Source: Alphaproteobacteria bacterium (lineage in GTDB: Bacteria; Pseudomonadota; Alphaproteobacteria; CAAGCB01; CAG-977). From it: DNA of 64,000 nucleotides. Below, one piece after another: positions 10,143-23,279 of this stretch. The stretch covers positions 117,091 through 181,090 of the forward strand of contig JAKSVT010000001.1 of NCBI GenBank assembly GCA_024407875.1, given 5' to 3'. The number at the start of each line of letters is the position of its first letter. The first letter of the stretch is position 1. A program made the position numbers and the translations under genes. Below the pieces are notes generated by a model. That model was given only the letters and a program-made list of their open reading frames with translations. It had not been told where the DNA came from and did not search any database.

Positions 10143-10694
10143 ATGAAAATACAAGCTCTACGAACAGTATTTGAAGCAGTTGAATGGATTAGAGATACAG
10201 CTAATGCAGAAAAAATACATTTATCTGCCGTAAAATTGCATTCAATTCTTTATTTAATGCAAGGATATTATTCTGCAATAACTAATGGTGAGAAGTTTAT
10301 TCCATGTGTTTTTTTGGCAACGCATAGAGGCCCAATAGAGCCTTCAAGCTATTATTTGTACGAATCGGCTATTGTAAGATTTACAGATAATTATTTGCTT
10401 AACACAATTAATAAAGATTCAAGAGTTTTTATGGAAACTATATGGCAAAAGTTTGCATTTACATCAGAAGATAATCTTATCGATTTAATTTCAAGACATG
10501 AGCCTTTTATGAAAGCTTTAAAAAATAAAACCAATAATGAAATTAATATTCAGGAATTGGGTGAATTTTTTGCAAATTCTCAAGTTAAATCTAGTCCTAT
10601 GCCGGAAGAATATTCTCCAAACGGTACAAGAGTTCTAAGAAATCAAGCTGGACTTGCAATAAAAGTAAAAAAATGGGTTCCTACAAATAAATAA
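10143..10694 (+). CDS. Panacea-domain (DUF4065, SocA/GepA-like) protein
   Basis: KIHLSAVKLHSILYLMQGYYSAITNGEKFIPCVFLATHRGPIEPSSYY fits the DUF4065 core (kLqKLlYlaqg...feAw.hGPv.p.vY). Confidence 0.55.
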   Translation: MKIQALRTVFEAVEWIRDTANAEKIHLSAVKLHSILYLMQGYYSAITNGEKFIPCVFLATHRGPIEPSSYYLYESAIVRFTDNYLLNTINKDSRVFMETIWQKFAFTSEDNLIDLISRHEPFMKALKNKTNNEINIQELGEFFANSQVKSSPMPEEYSPNGTRVLRNQAGLAIKVKKWVPTNK

Positions 10695-10812
10695 TAAAAA
10701 TATAGATTTTTTTTACTTTCTTTTAATAACATTTTAATAAGTTAATATGTAAAATTATAAATAATAATGAAAAAACTGTTTAATTCAGTTCAAATAGAAA
10801 AGGGAACAGACA

Positions 10813-11697
10813 ATGCAGGATTTAGAATATAGAGTAGAAAAACTTGAAAAGAAATGTCGTACATTAAAAAGATGTGTGATTGGTTTAACATGCTGTGCAG
10901 TTCTTGCTGGATTGTCTGGTCGAGCATCTGTTAATACAAATGCTAATGCTGCAGGTGAGGAATTAACTGCTAAAGATGTTGGTATTCCTTCAATTGTAGA
11001 AGCTCAAATCTTTATGTTAAAAGATTCTGGTGGCAATATTCGTGGTATTTGGACAGCTGATGATATGACAACATCTTTTGCTATGATGCATAAAGGTAAA
11101 TTCCCAATTATTTCTATGGCAGTTGATAATAAAAATGCATCTATGTCTTTGACTGATGTTTATAAAGGCAAAATTAATTTAGGATTGCAAAACAATATTC
11201 GTTCTATTTCTGTAGCTGATGAAACAGGTAAGAATAACATTTATATGGGATTGTCAGGATCTGGCGAAGCTTCTCTTGATATGGTAAGTACAGGTTCTTC
11301 ACAACTCGCAATTGATGGTCAAAAGGCTTCAATTGATTTAACAGGAGACCGTGCTGTTGTTGCTTTGGCAGAAACAGTAGGTTCAGCAGTTGCAATTCAA
11401 GCTCAACCAAGTGCAAGTTCAGTTGTATTCTTGGATCATAAAGAAGCAAAGACTGTAGAATTGTCAACAATCGATGGAAAAACAAAGTTGATGATGAATT
11501 CTCCTGTTGAAAAACAAGAAAAGACAATTGATACAACAAAAGATAAAATAATTGCTGTAGATGCTTCAGTAGAAGAAACAGCAGAAAAAGACGCAGGTAA
11601 AGTATCCACAGAAGGTTCAGAAGGTAAAGATGCTGAAAAAAGCGAAGCAAAAGAGAAAGAAGTCGATTTGAAAGACTATTCTCCATTTAGTAAGTAA
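10813..11697 (+). CDS. hypothetical membrane-anchored/periplasmic protein
   Basis: It has an N-terminal coiled coil, then a TM/signal-anchor (CVIGLTCCAVLAGLSG), then ~240 aa of Ser/Thr/Gly-rich periplasmic sequence and a K/E-rich tail. No recognisable family. Confidence 0.4.
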   Translation: MQDLEYRVEKLEKKCRTLKRCVIGLTCCAVLAGLSGRASVNTNANAAGEELTAKDVGIPSIVEAQIFMLKDSGGNIRGIWTADDMTTSFAMMHKGKFPIISMAVDNKNASMSLTDVYKGKINLGLQNNIRSISVADETGKNNIYMGLSGSGEASLDMVSTGSSQLAIDGQKASIDLTGDRAVVALAETVGSAVAIQAQPSASSVVFLDHKEAKTVELSTIDGKTKLMMNSPVEKQEKTIDTTKDKIIAVDASVEETAEKDAGKVSTEGSEGKDAEKSEAKEKEVDLKDYSPFSK

Positions 11698-11738
11698 AAG
11701 AATATTATTTTTTTTAAGTTCTGTTCTCATACACTTAA

Positions 11739-11766
11739 GGCCGGAAGAATTCCGGCCTATTTTTTC
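11739..11766 (+). terminator. rho-independent terminator
   Basis: ggccggaa-gaa-ttccggcc is a perfect 8-bp stem, followed by tatttttt. Confidence 0.7.
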
Positions 11767-11895
11767 TTTAAAAATCAAAGCGTAAATATAAAAAAAACTT
11801 GATTTTTTAAGGTATAGCGTTATAAAAAAGTCAATAAGTATATTTGTTTTTTTTGTATAGTTTATATTTGTATCTATAAAAGAGTTAGGAAAAAA

Positions 11896-13128
11896 ATGGC
11901 TGTTGTTGTTCAAAAATTTGGTGGAACTTCAGTTGGTGATGTTGATAGAATAAGAAATGTCGCTAATAAAGTAAAAAAAGAATATGATAAGGGCAATCAG
12001 GTAGTTGTCGTTGTATCAGCAATGGCTGGTGTTACAAATCAATTAGTAGAATTATGTGGAGATGTAAATCCTTCATATGATATGAAAGAATATGACACTG
12101 TTGTTTCTACAGGTGAACAAGTAACAATTGGCTTGTTAGCTATTGCTTTACAATCTATTGGAGTTCCGGCTAGATCCTTTACTGGTTGGCAATTGCATAT
12201 GATAACAGATGAAGAAGCAGGTAAAGCTAGAATTGATCATATAGATGTTGATGATATAAAAAAATGTTTAGATAAGGGCATTGTTCCTGTTGTTGCAGGG
12301 TTTCAAGGTGTTGATGAAAATAATCGTATTACAACATTAGGTCGTGGTGGCTCAGATACATCAGCTGTAGCTATAGCAGCAGCTTTAAAGGCTGATAGAT
12401 GCGATATTTATACCGATGTTGATGGTGTTTATACAACAGATCCAAGATTTGTAAAAAGTGCTCGTAGATTAGATAAATTAACTTATGAAGAAATGCTAGA
12501 AATGGCTTCTTTAGGTGCTAAAGTTTTACAAACACGTTCTGTAGAATTGGCTATGAAATATCAAGTTAATTTAAGAGTTGTTTCAAGCTTCGAAGAAGAA
12601 CCTATAGGTACTACTATTTGTGATGAGGAGGATATTGTGGAAAAAGAATTAATAAGTGGAATTACTTACAGTAGAGATGAAGCAAAAATTACTTTGTCTG
12701 GAGTTCGTGATGAACCTGGTGTAAGTGCTGCAGTATTCGATGCTTTAGCATCTGCAAATATTTGTGTTGACATGATTGTTCAAACAGACTCAGCTGATGG
12801 TAGTAGAACAGATATTACATTTACATTAGCTCAAGGTGATGTAAATAAGGCAATAAGTGTATTAGATTCAAATCATGATAAAATTGGGTATCATGGAATA
12901 AAATCAGATACTAATTGTGTTAAAGTTTCTGTTATTGGTGTAGGTATGAGAACTCATGCAGGTATTGCAAACAAGATGTTCCATGCTTTAAGTGAAAAAG
13001 GCATCAACGTCCAAACGATTTCAACATCAGAAATTAAGATTAGTGTTTTAATTGCTGACGAATATACAGAATTAGCAGTTCGTGCTTTGCACACAGCGTT
13101 CAATTTAGAAAACAAACATATTATCTAG
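11896..13128 (+). CDS. lysC: aspartate kinase
   Basis: The N-terminus MAVVVQKFGGTSVGDVDRIRNVANKV, 410 aa and ACT-like C-terminal halves are typical of aspartokinase. Confidence 0.85.
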   Translation: MAVVVQKFGGTSVGDVDRIRNVANKVKKEYDKGNQVVVVVSAMAGVTNQLVELCGDVNPSYDMKEYDTVVSTGEQVTIGLLAIALQSIGVPARSFTGWQLHMITDEEAGKARIDHIDVDDIKKCLDKGIVPVVAGFQGVDENNRITTLGRGGSDTSAVAIAAALKADRCDIYTDVDGVYTTDPRFVKSARRLDKLTYEEMLEMASLGAKVLQTRSVELAMKYQVNLRVVSSFEEEPIGTTICDEEDIVEKELISGITYSRDEAKITLSGVRDEPGVSAAVFDALASANICVDMIVQTDSADGSRTDITFTLAQGDVNKAISVLDSNHDKIGYHGIKSDTNCVKVSVIGVGMRTHAGIANKMFHALSEKGINVQTISTSEIKISVLIADEYTELAVRALHTAFNLENKHII

Positions 13129-13179
13129 TATTAAAAGATTAAAATATATTAAGGATATTTAAATTAAGGACAAAATATT

Positions 13180-14409
13180 ATGGCGAAAAAGAATAGATCA
13201 TTTAATGAAGATAATGCACATGTCGAAAATGATGCTTTTGAAAAAGCAGCAGGAATAGTTTCTATATTTTCTTCTGCTGAAGAAATTGCTGAAGAGCAAA
13301 AAGAAAGAGAAAGAATTGAAGAAGAAAATGAAGAAGTAGTTGAAGAACTCGAAAGAGAAACTGTGGCTGAACCACAAGTTGAAGAAAATCAAGAAGAACA
13401 AGAAGAAGCTGAAGAAATCAATTCTGATGATAAAGTTGGTGATATACTGAAAAAAGCCCGTATTTCTAAAGGTAAGAGTTTAAATGATTTAGCAACGTTC
13501 TTATGCATTAGACCAAGATTTTTACAAGCACTAGAAGAAAATAAGTATGATGAATTACCTGGAGATGCTTATGGCAAAGGCTTTGTACGTAGTTATGCTC
13601 AAGCTTTAGGTCTAAATGCTGAAGATATTTTAATTCGTTATGCAAATGAATCAACAGGTCAATGTGAACAAGATAAACAAAATGTAATTATGGATGACCA
13701 GGAAGATAGTTCAAGACCTACACCTAAGGTATTAATTTTGACAGTTGTTGTGTTGTTCTTGGGAGTTATGTTTATTAGATGGACTAACTCTGTAGATGAA
13801 GTTCCTGAAAATGTATATGAAAGCCAACAATATTCAATTAATGATAATACTTATACAGATTCTAGAATTGTCCCTGAGACAATTTCTGTTAAAGAAACAG
13901 AATATCAAGAAAAGACAGAATCTAATGAAGATGTTAAAAAAGTTGAACCTACAGCTGAAGTAAAAACAGAAGAAAAAACTGTAAAAGAAGAGATTAAAGC
14001 TGAAGTAAAAGTTGAAGCTAATGAGAATAATAAAGAAGCAGAAGCTGTTGTAGAAGAAGAAAAAGTTTATGAACCAAGAACTTATGGTAATAAAAAATCT
14101 CATATTGTTATTGAAGCTTTAGATGAAGTTTGGTTTGAAGTTCGTCGTCGTGACAGAACATTATTGTTCTCAAAGACTGTAAATAAAGGTGATACTTACA
14201 ATGTAGCAGAATATTCAGAAAATCTTTATTTGAAGGTTGGTAATTCTGCTAATGTAAAAATCATTTTAGATGGTGAAGATTTACCTCAAGTTGGACCAAA
14301 AGGTTCTGTCCGTACAGTTTCTTTAGATCCACAAGTTTTAACAGGCAAAAAAGAAATGATTCCTTTGGATCCAGAACCTGTTCAACAAGATGCTGAAATG
14401 GACGAATAA
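13180..14409 (+). CDS. rodZ: RodZ-like cytoskeleton protein (HTH + TM + DUF4115)
   Basis: Xre-type HTH ([22 protein letters not shown]...[14 protein letters not shown]), TM segment [15 protein letters not shown], and a C-terminal DUF4115-like region. It sits immediately upstream of ispG, as in the E. coli rodZ-ispG-hisS order. Confidence 0.65.
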   Translation: MAKKNRSFNEDNAHVENDAFEKAAGIVSIFSSAEEIAEEQKERERIEEENEEVVEELERETVAEPQVEENQEEQEEAEEINSDDKVGDILKKARISKGKSLNDLATFLCIRPRFLQALEENKYDELPGDAYGKGFVRSYAQALGLNAEDILIRYANESTGQCEQDKQNVIMDDQEDSSRPTPKVLILTVVVLFLGVMFIRWTNSVDEVPENVYESQQYSINDNTYTDSRIVPETISVKETEYQEKTESNEDVKKVEPTAEVKTEEKTVKEEIKAEVKVEANENNKEAEAVVEEEKVYEPRTYGNKKSHIVIEALDEVWFEVRRRDRTLLFSKTVNKGDTYNVAEYSENLYLKVGNSANVKIILDGEDLPQVGPKGSVRTVSLDPQVLTGKKEMIPLDPEPVQQDAEMDE

Positions 14410-15494
14410 TGTTTGAATATAAAATTAATAGACGTAAAAGCCGTCGTATTTATGTAGGTAAGGTTGCAATTGGAGATGGAGCTCCTATTTCAGTCCAGTC
14501 AATGACAAATACTCCTACTAAAGATGTGGCTGCAACAGTTCAACAAATTAAATCTTTAGAAGCTGTTGGTGCTGATATTGTGAGAGTTTCTTGCCCTGAT
14601 GAAGATTCTACATTAGGTTTAAAAGAAATTGTTAAACAAGTTAATGTTCCTATTGTTGCTGATATTCACTTTCATTATAAAAGAGCAATAGAAGCGGCTG
14701 AGGCAGGAGCTGCATGTTTGCGTATCAATCCTGGCAATATAGGTTCACAGGAAAGAGTTCGAGAAGTAATTAAGGCTGCAAAAGATCATAATTGTTCAAT
14801 TCGTATTGGAGTTAATGGAGGCTCTTTAGATAAAGCTTTACTTCAAAAATATGGTGAACCATGTCCTGAAGCTATGGTTGAATCTGCTTTACAACATGCA
14901 AAAATCTTAGAAGATAATGATTTCTTTAATTTTAAGATTTCTGTTAAGTCATCAGATACATTGATGACAATGGAAGCTTATCGTCAATTAGCTGAACAAT
15001 GTGATTATCCTTTGCATTTAGGAATTACAGAAGCCGGTGGTTTAAGAGCTGGTACTGTAAAATCTGCTATGGGCATTGGAGGATTATTAATGCAAGGCAT
15101 TGGAGATACATTGCGTGTATCTTTAACTGCGGATGTAACAGAAGAAATCAAAGCAGGTTTTGAAATCTTAAGAACATTAGGTTTGCGTTATCATGGTATT
15201 AGATTTGTTTCTTGTCCAACATGTGCACGTAGAGGCATTGATGTGGAAAAGACAATTAAGATTTTAGAACAAAGATTAGAGCATATTCAAGAACCTTTAA
15301 AGATTGCTGTTATGGGATGTGTTGTTAACGGTCCTGGTGAAGCAAGTGGTGCTGATATTGGTGTTTGTGGTGGCGGTAATGGAAAAGCATTATTGTTCTT
15401 AAAAGGCAAACAACAAGAAGTTATTGATGCTGAAAATGCAGCTGACATTGTTGCAAAATTAGCAGAAGAAATGGTAGCTAATAAGAATAAGTAA
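14409..15494 (+). CDS. ispG: 4-hydroxy-3-methylbut-2-enyl diphosphate synthase
   Basis: SVQSMTNT near the N-terminus and the C-terminal Cys motifs (CPTCAR...GCVVNGPGE). Its start overlaps the rodZ stop (TAATG). Confidence 0.9.
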   Translation: MFEYKINRRKSRRIYVGKVAIGDGAPISVQSMTNTPTKDVAATVQQIKSLEAVGADIVRVSCPDEDSTLGLKEIVKQVNVPIVADIHFHYKRAIEAAEAGAACLRINPGNIGSQERVREVIKAAKDHNCSIRIGVNGGSLDKALLQKYGEPCPEAMVESALQHAKILEDNDFFNFKISVKSSDTLMTMEAYRQLAEQCDYPLHLGITEAGGLRAGTVKSAMGIGGLLMQGIGDTLRVSLTADVTEEIKAGFEILRTLGLRYHGIRFVSCPTCARRGIDVEKTIKILEQRLEHIQEPLKIAVMGCVVNGPGEASGADIGVCGGGNGKALLFLKGKQQEVIDAENAADIVAKLAEEMVANKNK

Positions 15495-15504
15495 GGAATA
15501 TATT

Positions 15505-16764
15505 ATGACTATTCAACCAGCAAGGGGAACTCGTGACATATACGGTTCTGATTTGAGAGCTTTTTTGTTCGTTGAACAAACAGCAAGAGAATTAGCAAAA
15601 CGTTACGGATTTGATGGAATTCAAACACCTATTTTTGAATCTACAGATGTTTTTTGTAGAGGTGTTGGAGAGACATCAGATATAGTTTCTAAAGAAATGT
15701 ATACCTTTAGTGATCGAGGAGGAGAGAGCTTTACACTAAGACCTGAAGGAACTGCTGGTGTAGTTCGTTCTTTCATTTCAGAAGGAATGGAACAAAATGT
15801 TCCTGTTAAATTATTTTATGCAGGTCCAATGTTTAGATATGAGCGTCCACAAAAAGGACGTTATCGTCAGTTGCATCAATTCGGTGTAGAAGTATTAGGA
15901 GCAGCTCAAGCTCAAACAGATATTGAAGTATTATGTTTAGCTTGGGATTTGTTAGGAGCTTTAGGTGTTCAAAAGTATGTTCGTTTAGAGTTAAATACAT
16001 TAGGTGATGCTCCTTCAAGAGATGCATATAGAACTGCTTTAGTTGAATATTTTTCTAAATACAAAGATCAATTAAGTGAAGATTCATTAGTTCGTTTAGA
16101 AAAGAACCCTTTACGTATTCTTGATTCTAAGGATGAAGGTGATAAGCGTTTAATTGAAAATGCTCCAAAGATGACAGATTATTTAAATGAGGAATCAAGA
16201 GCATTCTTTGAGGAAGTTCAATCAGGATTAAATACATTGGGTATTCCTTTTGTTGTAAATCCAAGATTAGTGAGAGGCTTAGATTATTACCGTCATACAG
16301 TATTTGAATTTATTACTGAGTCTTTAGGGGCTCAAGGTACAGTTTTGGCTGGTGGTAGATATGATGGTCTAGTACAACAGTTAGGTGGATCAGCTCAACC
16401 AGGAATTGGCTTTGGTGCGGGTATTGATAGATTATCTATTTTAGTGCAAGAATTAGGTCTTGTTCCTAATGCTCCACGTGCTATTGCAGCAGTTCCTGTC
16501 GGAAATGAAAATGTTCCAGAAATGATGAAAATTGCACATGAATTGCGTTTGGCAGGCTATGTAGTTGAAATGGCTTATAGCGGTAATATGTCAAAACGTT
16601 TAAAGAAAGCAAATAAGATAAATGCTTGTTGTGCCATTTTAATGGGAACTGATGAATTCGACAAGGGAGTTGTAACTGTTCGTAATTTAGATTCTGGTGA
16701 ACAAAAAGAAGTAAAAATTAATGAATTGTCAAACGCATTAAACGAATATAGGAATTTACAATAA
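15505..16764 (+). CDS. hisS: histidine--tRNA ligase
   Basis: Class II aaRS motifs ([18 protein letters not shown]; GGRYDGL) in 419 aa. Confidence 0.9.
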   Translation: MTIQPARGTRDIYGSDLRAFLFVEQTARELAKRYGFDGIQTPIFESTDVFCRGVGETSDIVSKEMYTFSDRGGESFTLRPEGTAGVVRSFISEGMEQNVPVKLFYAGPMFRYERPQKGRYRQLHQFGVEVLGAAQAQTDIEVLCLAWDLLGALGVQKYVRLELNTLGDAPSRDAYRTALVEYFSKYKDQLSEDSLVRLEKNPLRILDSKDEGDKRLIENAPKMTDYLNEESRAFFEEVQSGLNTLGIPFVVNPRLVRGLDYYRHTVFEFITESLGAQGTVLAGGRYDGLVQQLGGSAQPGIGFGAGIDRLSILVQELGLVPNAPRAIAAVPVGNENVPEMMKIAHELRLAGYVVEMAYSGNMSKRLKKANKINACCAILMGTDEFDKGVVTVRNLDSGEQKEVKINELSNALNEYRNLQ

Positions 16765-17837
16765 TGGCTTTTGAAGAAAGATTAGACGTACTTTTGGCTA
16801 GACATGATGAATTAGAAGCTTTAATGGGATCAGGAGATCTTGGGGGCGACGATTTTGTAAAAATGTCTAAGGAATTAGCTGGTTTAAAAGAAATTGTTGT
16901 AGTCATTAAAGAATATAAGTCTACTTTGTCTGGAATTAAGGATACAGAAGCAATGTTAGCAGATCCTGAAACAGATGATGAAATGCGTTCTTTAGCAAAT
17001 GATGAATTATATTCATTAAAAAATTCTCTTCCTGATTTAGAAAAGAAATTAAAAATTTTATTACTACCTAAAAATGCAGTTGATGAAAAGAATGCTATCT
17101 TGGAAGTAAGAGCGGGAACAGGCGGTGAAGAAGCTGCTTTGTTTGCAGCAGAATTGTTCCGTATGTATGAACATTATTCTCAAGAACAGGGATGGAAGTT
17201 TGAACTTATGAGCTTAAATGATACAGGTTTAGGTGGATATAAGGAAGCAACAGCATCAATTACAGGTAAGAATGTTTTTGAAAAATTAAAATTTGAATCT
17301 GGTGTACACAGAGTACAAAGAGTTCCTGAAACGGAATCTGCTGGTCGTGTTCATACATCTGCTGCAACAGTTGCTGTTTTGCCTGAAGCTGAAGAAGTTG
17401 ATTTAAAGATTGACGAAAAAGATTTAAAAATTGATGTTTATCGTGCAAGTGGTGCTGGTGGACAACATGTTAATAAAACAGAATCAGCTGTTCGTATTAC
17501 ACATATCCCATCAGGTTTTGTTGTAGCATGCCAAGATGAAAGATCTCAATTTAAAAACAAAGATCGTGCAATGCGTATTTTGCGTTCTAGATTGTTTGAT
17601 TTCCAACAACAAAAATTGGATGCGGAAAGATCTGAAGATCGTAAGAGCCAAGTAGGTTCAGGTGATAGATCTGAAAGAATTAGAACATATAACTTCCCAC
17701 AAGGACGTGTAACAGATCATAGAATTAATCTTACATTATATAAGATTGACGAAGTTATGAATGGTACAGCTCTAGGTGAAATAGTTGATGCTTTAATTGA
17801 AGATGATCAATTGGCAAGATTAGCTGAATTTGAGTAA
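16764..17837 (+). CDS. prfA: peptide chain release factor 1
   Basis: GGQ motif ([25 protein letters not shown]) and PxT-region context. It overlaps the hisS stop. Confidence 0.9.
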   Translation: MAFEERLDVLLARHDELEALMGSGDLGGDDFVKMSKELAGLKEIVVVIKEYKSTLSGIKDTEAMLADPETDDEMRSLANDELYSLKNSLPDLEKKLKILLLPKNAVDEKNAILEVRAGTGGEEAALFAAELFRMYEHYSQEQGWKFELMSLNDTGLGGYKEATASITGKNVFEKLKFESGVHRVQRVPETESAGRVHTSAATVAVLPEAEEVDLKIDEKDLKIDVYRASGAGGQHVNKTESAVRITHIPSGFVVACQDERSQFKNKDRAMRILRSRLFDFQQQKLDAERSEDRKSQVGSGDRSERIRTYNFPQGRVTDHRINLTLYKIDEVMNGTALGEIVDALIEDDQLARLAEFE

Positions 17838-18694
17838 TGCTAACTTTAAAACAAGTTGTTTTAGATTTAAAAACAGAATTTGAAAGCTTTACAGTAGAAG
17901 CAAATAGTGATGCTTTATTGTTAGTTGCATATGCAATTAATAATAGTGTTTCGTATGTTAAGTTGCATGGTGATGTTCAGGTAAGTCAAGACCAATTAAC
18001 AAAGCTATTAGAATATAAAGAGAGAAGAAAAAAGAGAGAACCTGTTTCAAAAATTATAGGAAGTAGGGGATTTTGGAAATTAGATTTTTTTGTAAATAAT
18101 GATGTTTTAGATCCTAGAGCAGATTCAGAAACTTTGATAGAAACTGTATTAGAATTAAAAAGAGATTATTCAAAAGATTATAAAATTTTAGATTTAGGCA
18201 CAGGATCGGGGTGTTTGGCTCAATCTTTGTTATATGAATATAAAAATGCAACAGGAATTGGTGTAGATATAAGTGATAAAGCTTTAGATGTTGCTATAAA
18301 AAATGCAGATATAAATAAATTATCTAACAGATTTATTCCATTAAAAGCTAATTGGAATAACACAGAAGATGTAAAAAAAATAAAATCAAAAGGTCCTTTT
18401 GATATAATAATTTGTAATCCTCCATATATTGAAAATGATTATAAATTAGAACCAGAAGTTTTGCTTTATGATCCAAATATAGCTCTTTTTGGTGGTAAAG
18501 ACGGCCTTGATGAATACAGGAGTTTATCAAAGATAATTCCAGAATTTTTAAGTGAAAAAGGAATTGCAATATTTGAATATGGACAAGGGCAAGAGAGAGA
18601 TGTTCGTATGATAATGGAAGCTGAAAACTTAAAGTTCATAATAGAAAAAAAAGATTTAGCTGAAATTACGAGATGTTCTGTTTTTAGTTTGTGA
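17837..18694 (+). CDS. prmC: release factor glutamine N5-methyltransferase (HemK/PrmC)
   Basis: NPPY motif and DLGTGSGC SAM site. It is translationally coupled to prfA. Confidence 0.85.
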   Translation: MLTLKQVVLDLKTEFESFTVEANSDALLLVAYAINNSVSYVKLHGDVQVSQDQLTKLLEYKERRKKREPVSKIIGSRGFWKLDFFVNNDVLDPRADSETLIETVLELKRDYSKDYKILDLGTGSGCLAQSLLYEYKNATGIGVDISDKALDVAIKNADINKLSNRFIPLKANWNNTEDVKKIKSKGPFDIIICNPPYIENDYKLEPEVLLYDPNIALFGGKDGLDEYRSLSKIIPEFLSEKGIAIFEYGQGQERDVRMIMEAENLKFIIEKKDLAEITRCSVFSL

Positions 18695-18849
18695 ATAAAA
18701 TAATTGTGTGGTTTAAAAATTTTAAGATTAAAATAAAAAAATACTTGAAATCATTAAATAATGTGTATAAAAAATAAATCTGTAATTAAGGCATATGATG
18801 GTATGCCAAAGGCCTTTAAAAGGTGGGCTATAGTAAATTTCATAAATGA

Positions 18850-19512
18850 GTGAATAATATGAGTTCAAAAAACAAAAACCGTAACCGTAATGGTTTTAAA
18901 AATAATAACAATAATAAACCACGTCGTAATCCTGATATGCCAAATAGAAATACTGTTTATGACAGTATGGGGCCTGTTGGACGTTTGCGCGGTACGGCTT
19001 ATCAATTAATGGATAAGTATTTAGCTGCAGCTAAAGATGCTCATCAGGTTGATTTAGTTCTTGAAGAAAATTGTTTGCAACATGCAGAATATTATATGCG
19101 CTTAAATGATTTAGCTATTCAAGCTGAACAACGTTACAATCAAGAACGTGCTGAAGAATATGCAAGAATGCAACAAGAACAAAATGATGAAAATGCTGAC
19201 GGTTGCGATGAAACTTGTGAAGAAGAGTTGGGTTGTGATGAACAAGAACCTTTTGATGAACAACAAGAAAATTTAGTTAACGAAAATGTTCAGGAATTTT
19301 CTGAAGAAGCTCCTGCAGTTGAAGAAGAACCAAATACAGAACAATTCATTTCTCAAGTTAAAGATTTATCTGTTCCTGTTTTAGCTATGAATTCTTCTGA
19401 TAAAGTTCAAAAGTCTGATACAATTATTAAAAAAAGACGTATGAAGACTTTAACTAGAAAAAGAGTTCTTAAAACAGAAGAAATAAATGAAGAAGAAAAT
19501 AAAGAAGATTAA
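18850..19512 (+). CDS. DUF4167-family protein (alphaproteobacterial conserved hypothetical)
   Basis: N-terminal N/R/K-rich tail, then GTAYQLMDKYLAAAKDAHQ...QHAEYYMRL, characteristic of DUF4167. Confidence 0.55.
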   Translation: MNNMSSKNKNRNRNGFKNNNNNKPRRNPDMPNRNTVYDSMGPVGRLRGTAYQLMDKYLAAAKDAHQVDLVLEENCLQHAEYYMRLNDLAIQAEQRYNQERAEEYARMQQEQNDENADGCDETCEEELGCDEQEPFDEQQENLVNENVQEFSEEAPAVEEEPNTEQFISQVKDLSVPVLAMNSSDKVQKSDTIIKKRRMKTLTRKRVLKTEEINEEENKED

Positions 19513-19515
19513 TCT

Positions 19516-21411
19516 TTAAGATCTTCCAAATAAGTGTTCTATATCTTTTAATTTTAATTCTATATATGTTGGTCTGCCATGTATGCATTGACCAGAAAAG
19601 CCTGTTTCTTCCATTTGACGAAGTAATTGGTTCATTTCCTCTATGCTCATTTTTCTTCCAGCTCTAATAGAGCCGTGGCATGCCATTCTTGCACATACAG
19701 CTTTAATTTTTTCATCTAAGACAGCTGTAGCATTATCATTTAATGTTTGAGCTAAATCTAAAATAAGTTCTTTAGGATTAATATCTCCAAGAATTGCTGG
19801 AGTTCCACGAACTACAACAGTACCATCTCCAAAAGGTTCAAATAATAAACCTACATTTGATAAATACTCTGTATAATCAATTAATGCTTGAACTTCATTT
19901 ACTCCAACTTCAACAATCTCAGGTATTAATAAATATTGAGAAGCGGCTTTTCCAGCTTTCATATGAGCTGAAATTTTTTCATAAGTTAATCTTTCATGTG
20001 CAGCATGTTGATCAACAATAACAATTCCGTCTTTTGTTTGAGAAACTATATAAGTTTCATGTAATTGAGCTTTTGCAAAACCTAATGGAGGAAATTCAGG
20101 TTCAAGGTTCTCTTCATTTTCCTTTTTTGTTATATTATAGATTTCGTTAGGCTCGTTTTGAATTTGTTCTTTAATAGGAACTGTTGTGTTTAAGCTGTTA
20201 TAGTCAATTTGAGAAGTGCTTTCTTTTGTAAAATTACTATTTTTAAAAGCGTTAGAATTAGGAAGTGAATATAAATCTTTTTGAGAAAATAGGGCAGACT
20301 GTCTAAAACTAGGTGATACTGATACACCATGAGGTTTTGGCATAATTGGCGTGGATATTGTTCCTACGCTATCGAAAATATTTGCTTTAGAAAGTGTTTG
20401 TTCTGATAAAGTAGTAGAAGTCTTAAATTTAGCTGAAGAAACAGCTTCTCTTACAGATACGACAATTACACCTCTTACTTGATTTGCATTTCTAAAACGA
20501 ACTTCAGCCTTTGTCGGATGAACGTTCATATCAACATCTATATTAGCAACGTTTATAAATAAGATAAGGGCAGGAAATTTGTCGTGAGGTAATAACTCTC
20601 TATAAGCACCTTTAATAGCTCCTAAAAGCACTTTATCTTTGACAGGTCTGTTGTTTACAAAAAAGTATTGATCACTTGAGGTTGCTTTACTATATGTAGG
20701 CAAACCTGCAAATCCAGTTATTTTAACTCCTTCTTTTGCAACACTAAAAGGAACGGAGTTATCTATAAAATCTTTTCCTAATACTTGTTCAATACGATCT
20801 ATGGTTTTTTCTACAGCAGGATAATTAATCTTTTTCTTGCCATCTTCAGTCAAGAAAAAAGAAATAGAAGGATAAGCTAAAGCTAATTTATCAAGTATAT
20901 CTCTAATGGCACTAGTTTCTGCTGCAGCAGTTTTTAAAAACTTTAGTCTTGCAGGTACAGCAAAAAATAAATCTCTAACTTCTATTTTTGTTCCGCTATT
21001 TATTGATGCCGGTTCTATTTCTAAAACTTCTCCACCATTAATAGAGATTGACCAGCCTTCATTAGTTCCAGCTTTTTTTGATGTGATTTTCATTCTTGCT
21101 ACAGAACCAATAGAAGGAATAGCTTCTCCTCTAAATCCTAAGTAGTCAATTTTGAATAAATCTCCATCAGGTAATTTTGATGTAGCATGCCTTTGAATGC
21201 ATAAAGATAATTCATCTTTACTCATTCCTTTACCATTATCAATAACGATAATAGATGATTTACCACCTTCAGATAGAATAACTTCTATTTTGTTTGCTCC
21301 AGCATCAATAGAGTTTTCTACAAGTTCTTTAACCGCCGAAGCGGGGCGTTCAAGCACCTCTCCGGCGGAAATTTTATTAATTAAATCTGGTGGTAAAAGG
21401 CGTAATCCCAT
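19516..21411 (-). CDS. mutL: DNA mismatch repair protein MutL
   Basis: N-terminal GHKL ATPase (ISAGEVLERPASAVKELVENSIDAGA) in 631 aa. Confidence 0.9.
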   Translation of the reverse strand: MGLRLLPPDLINKISAGEVLERPASAVKELVENSIDAGANKIEVILSEGGKSSIIVIDNGKGMSKDELSLCIQRHATSKLPDGDLFKIDYLGFRGEAIPSIGSVARMKITSKKAGTNEGWSISINGGEVLEIEPASINSGTKIEVRDLFFAVPARLKFLKTAAAETSAIRDILDKLALAYPSISFFLTEDGKKKINYPAVEKTIDRIEQVLGKDFIDNSVPFSVAKEGVKITGFAGLPTYSKATSSDQYFFVNNRPVKDKVLLGAIKGAYRELLPHDKFPALILFINVANIDVDMNVHPTKAEVRFRNANQVRGVIVVSVREAVSSAKFKTSTTLSEQTLSKANIFDSVGTISTPIMPKPHGVSVSPSFRQSALFSQKDLYSLPNSNAFKNSNFTKESTSQIDYNSLNTTVPIKEQIQNEPNEIYNITKKENEENLEPEFPPLGFAKAQLHETYIVSQTKDGIVIVDQHAAHERLTYEKISAHMKAGKAASQYLLIPEIVEVGVNEVQALIDYTEYLSNVGLLFEPFGDGTVVVRGTPAILGDINPKELILDLAQTLNDNATAVLDEKIKAVCARMACHGSIRAGRKMSIEEMNQLLRQMEETGFSGQCIHGRPTYIELKLKDIEHLFGRS

Positions 21412-21431
21412 TTTACTTTACCAATGTAAAA

Positions 21432-23075
<1,644 letters not shown>

Positions 23076-23279
23076 CTAAAAAATCTCCTTTTATTAACAA
23101 AAATTTTAACTTAAAATTTTGCGTAATTATAACCGTTTATGTGGCCTTACGCAATTAAAACTTTGAAAAGATATATATAAAAAAAACAAATAGTTAGAAA
23201 GGATAATTTTTTATTGTGATTTTTTTTGATTACATATATATTTACAGCAGTGAAGTTGTTTTAAAATAAGGTTTGTAGA

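Noticed and set aside
11767-11895. Lysine riboswitch or T-box leader upstream of lysC
   Set aside because: The leader is ~130 nt of AT-rich sequence without the G/C-rich conserved helices of an L-box. It is too short and of the wrong composition.
11204-11913. Minus-strand ORFs (160 aa and 98 aa) overlapping the 10813-11697 gene and the lysC leader
   Set aside because: The Leu/Phe-rich low-complexity translations are antisense artefacts of the K/E-rich coding strand. The plus-strand gene has a signal anchor, RBS and terminator.
13198-14103. Minus-strand Phe-rich ORFs (67 aa and 89 aa) inside rodZ
   Set aside because: They are antisense to the E/K-rich repeats of RodZ (GAA/AAA read backwards gives TTC/TTT).
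23119-23155. Inverted repeat ttgcgtaa-N18-ttacgcaa in the pgi 5' region as a regulatory operator or riboswitch
   Set aside because: It is a single 8-bp-arm palindrome with no second copy and no known motif match. It is too weak to call as a feature.
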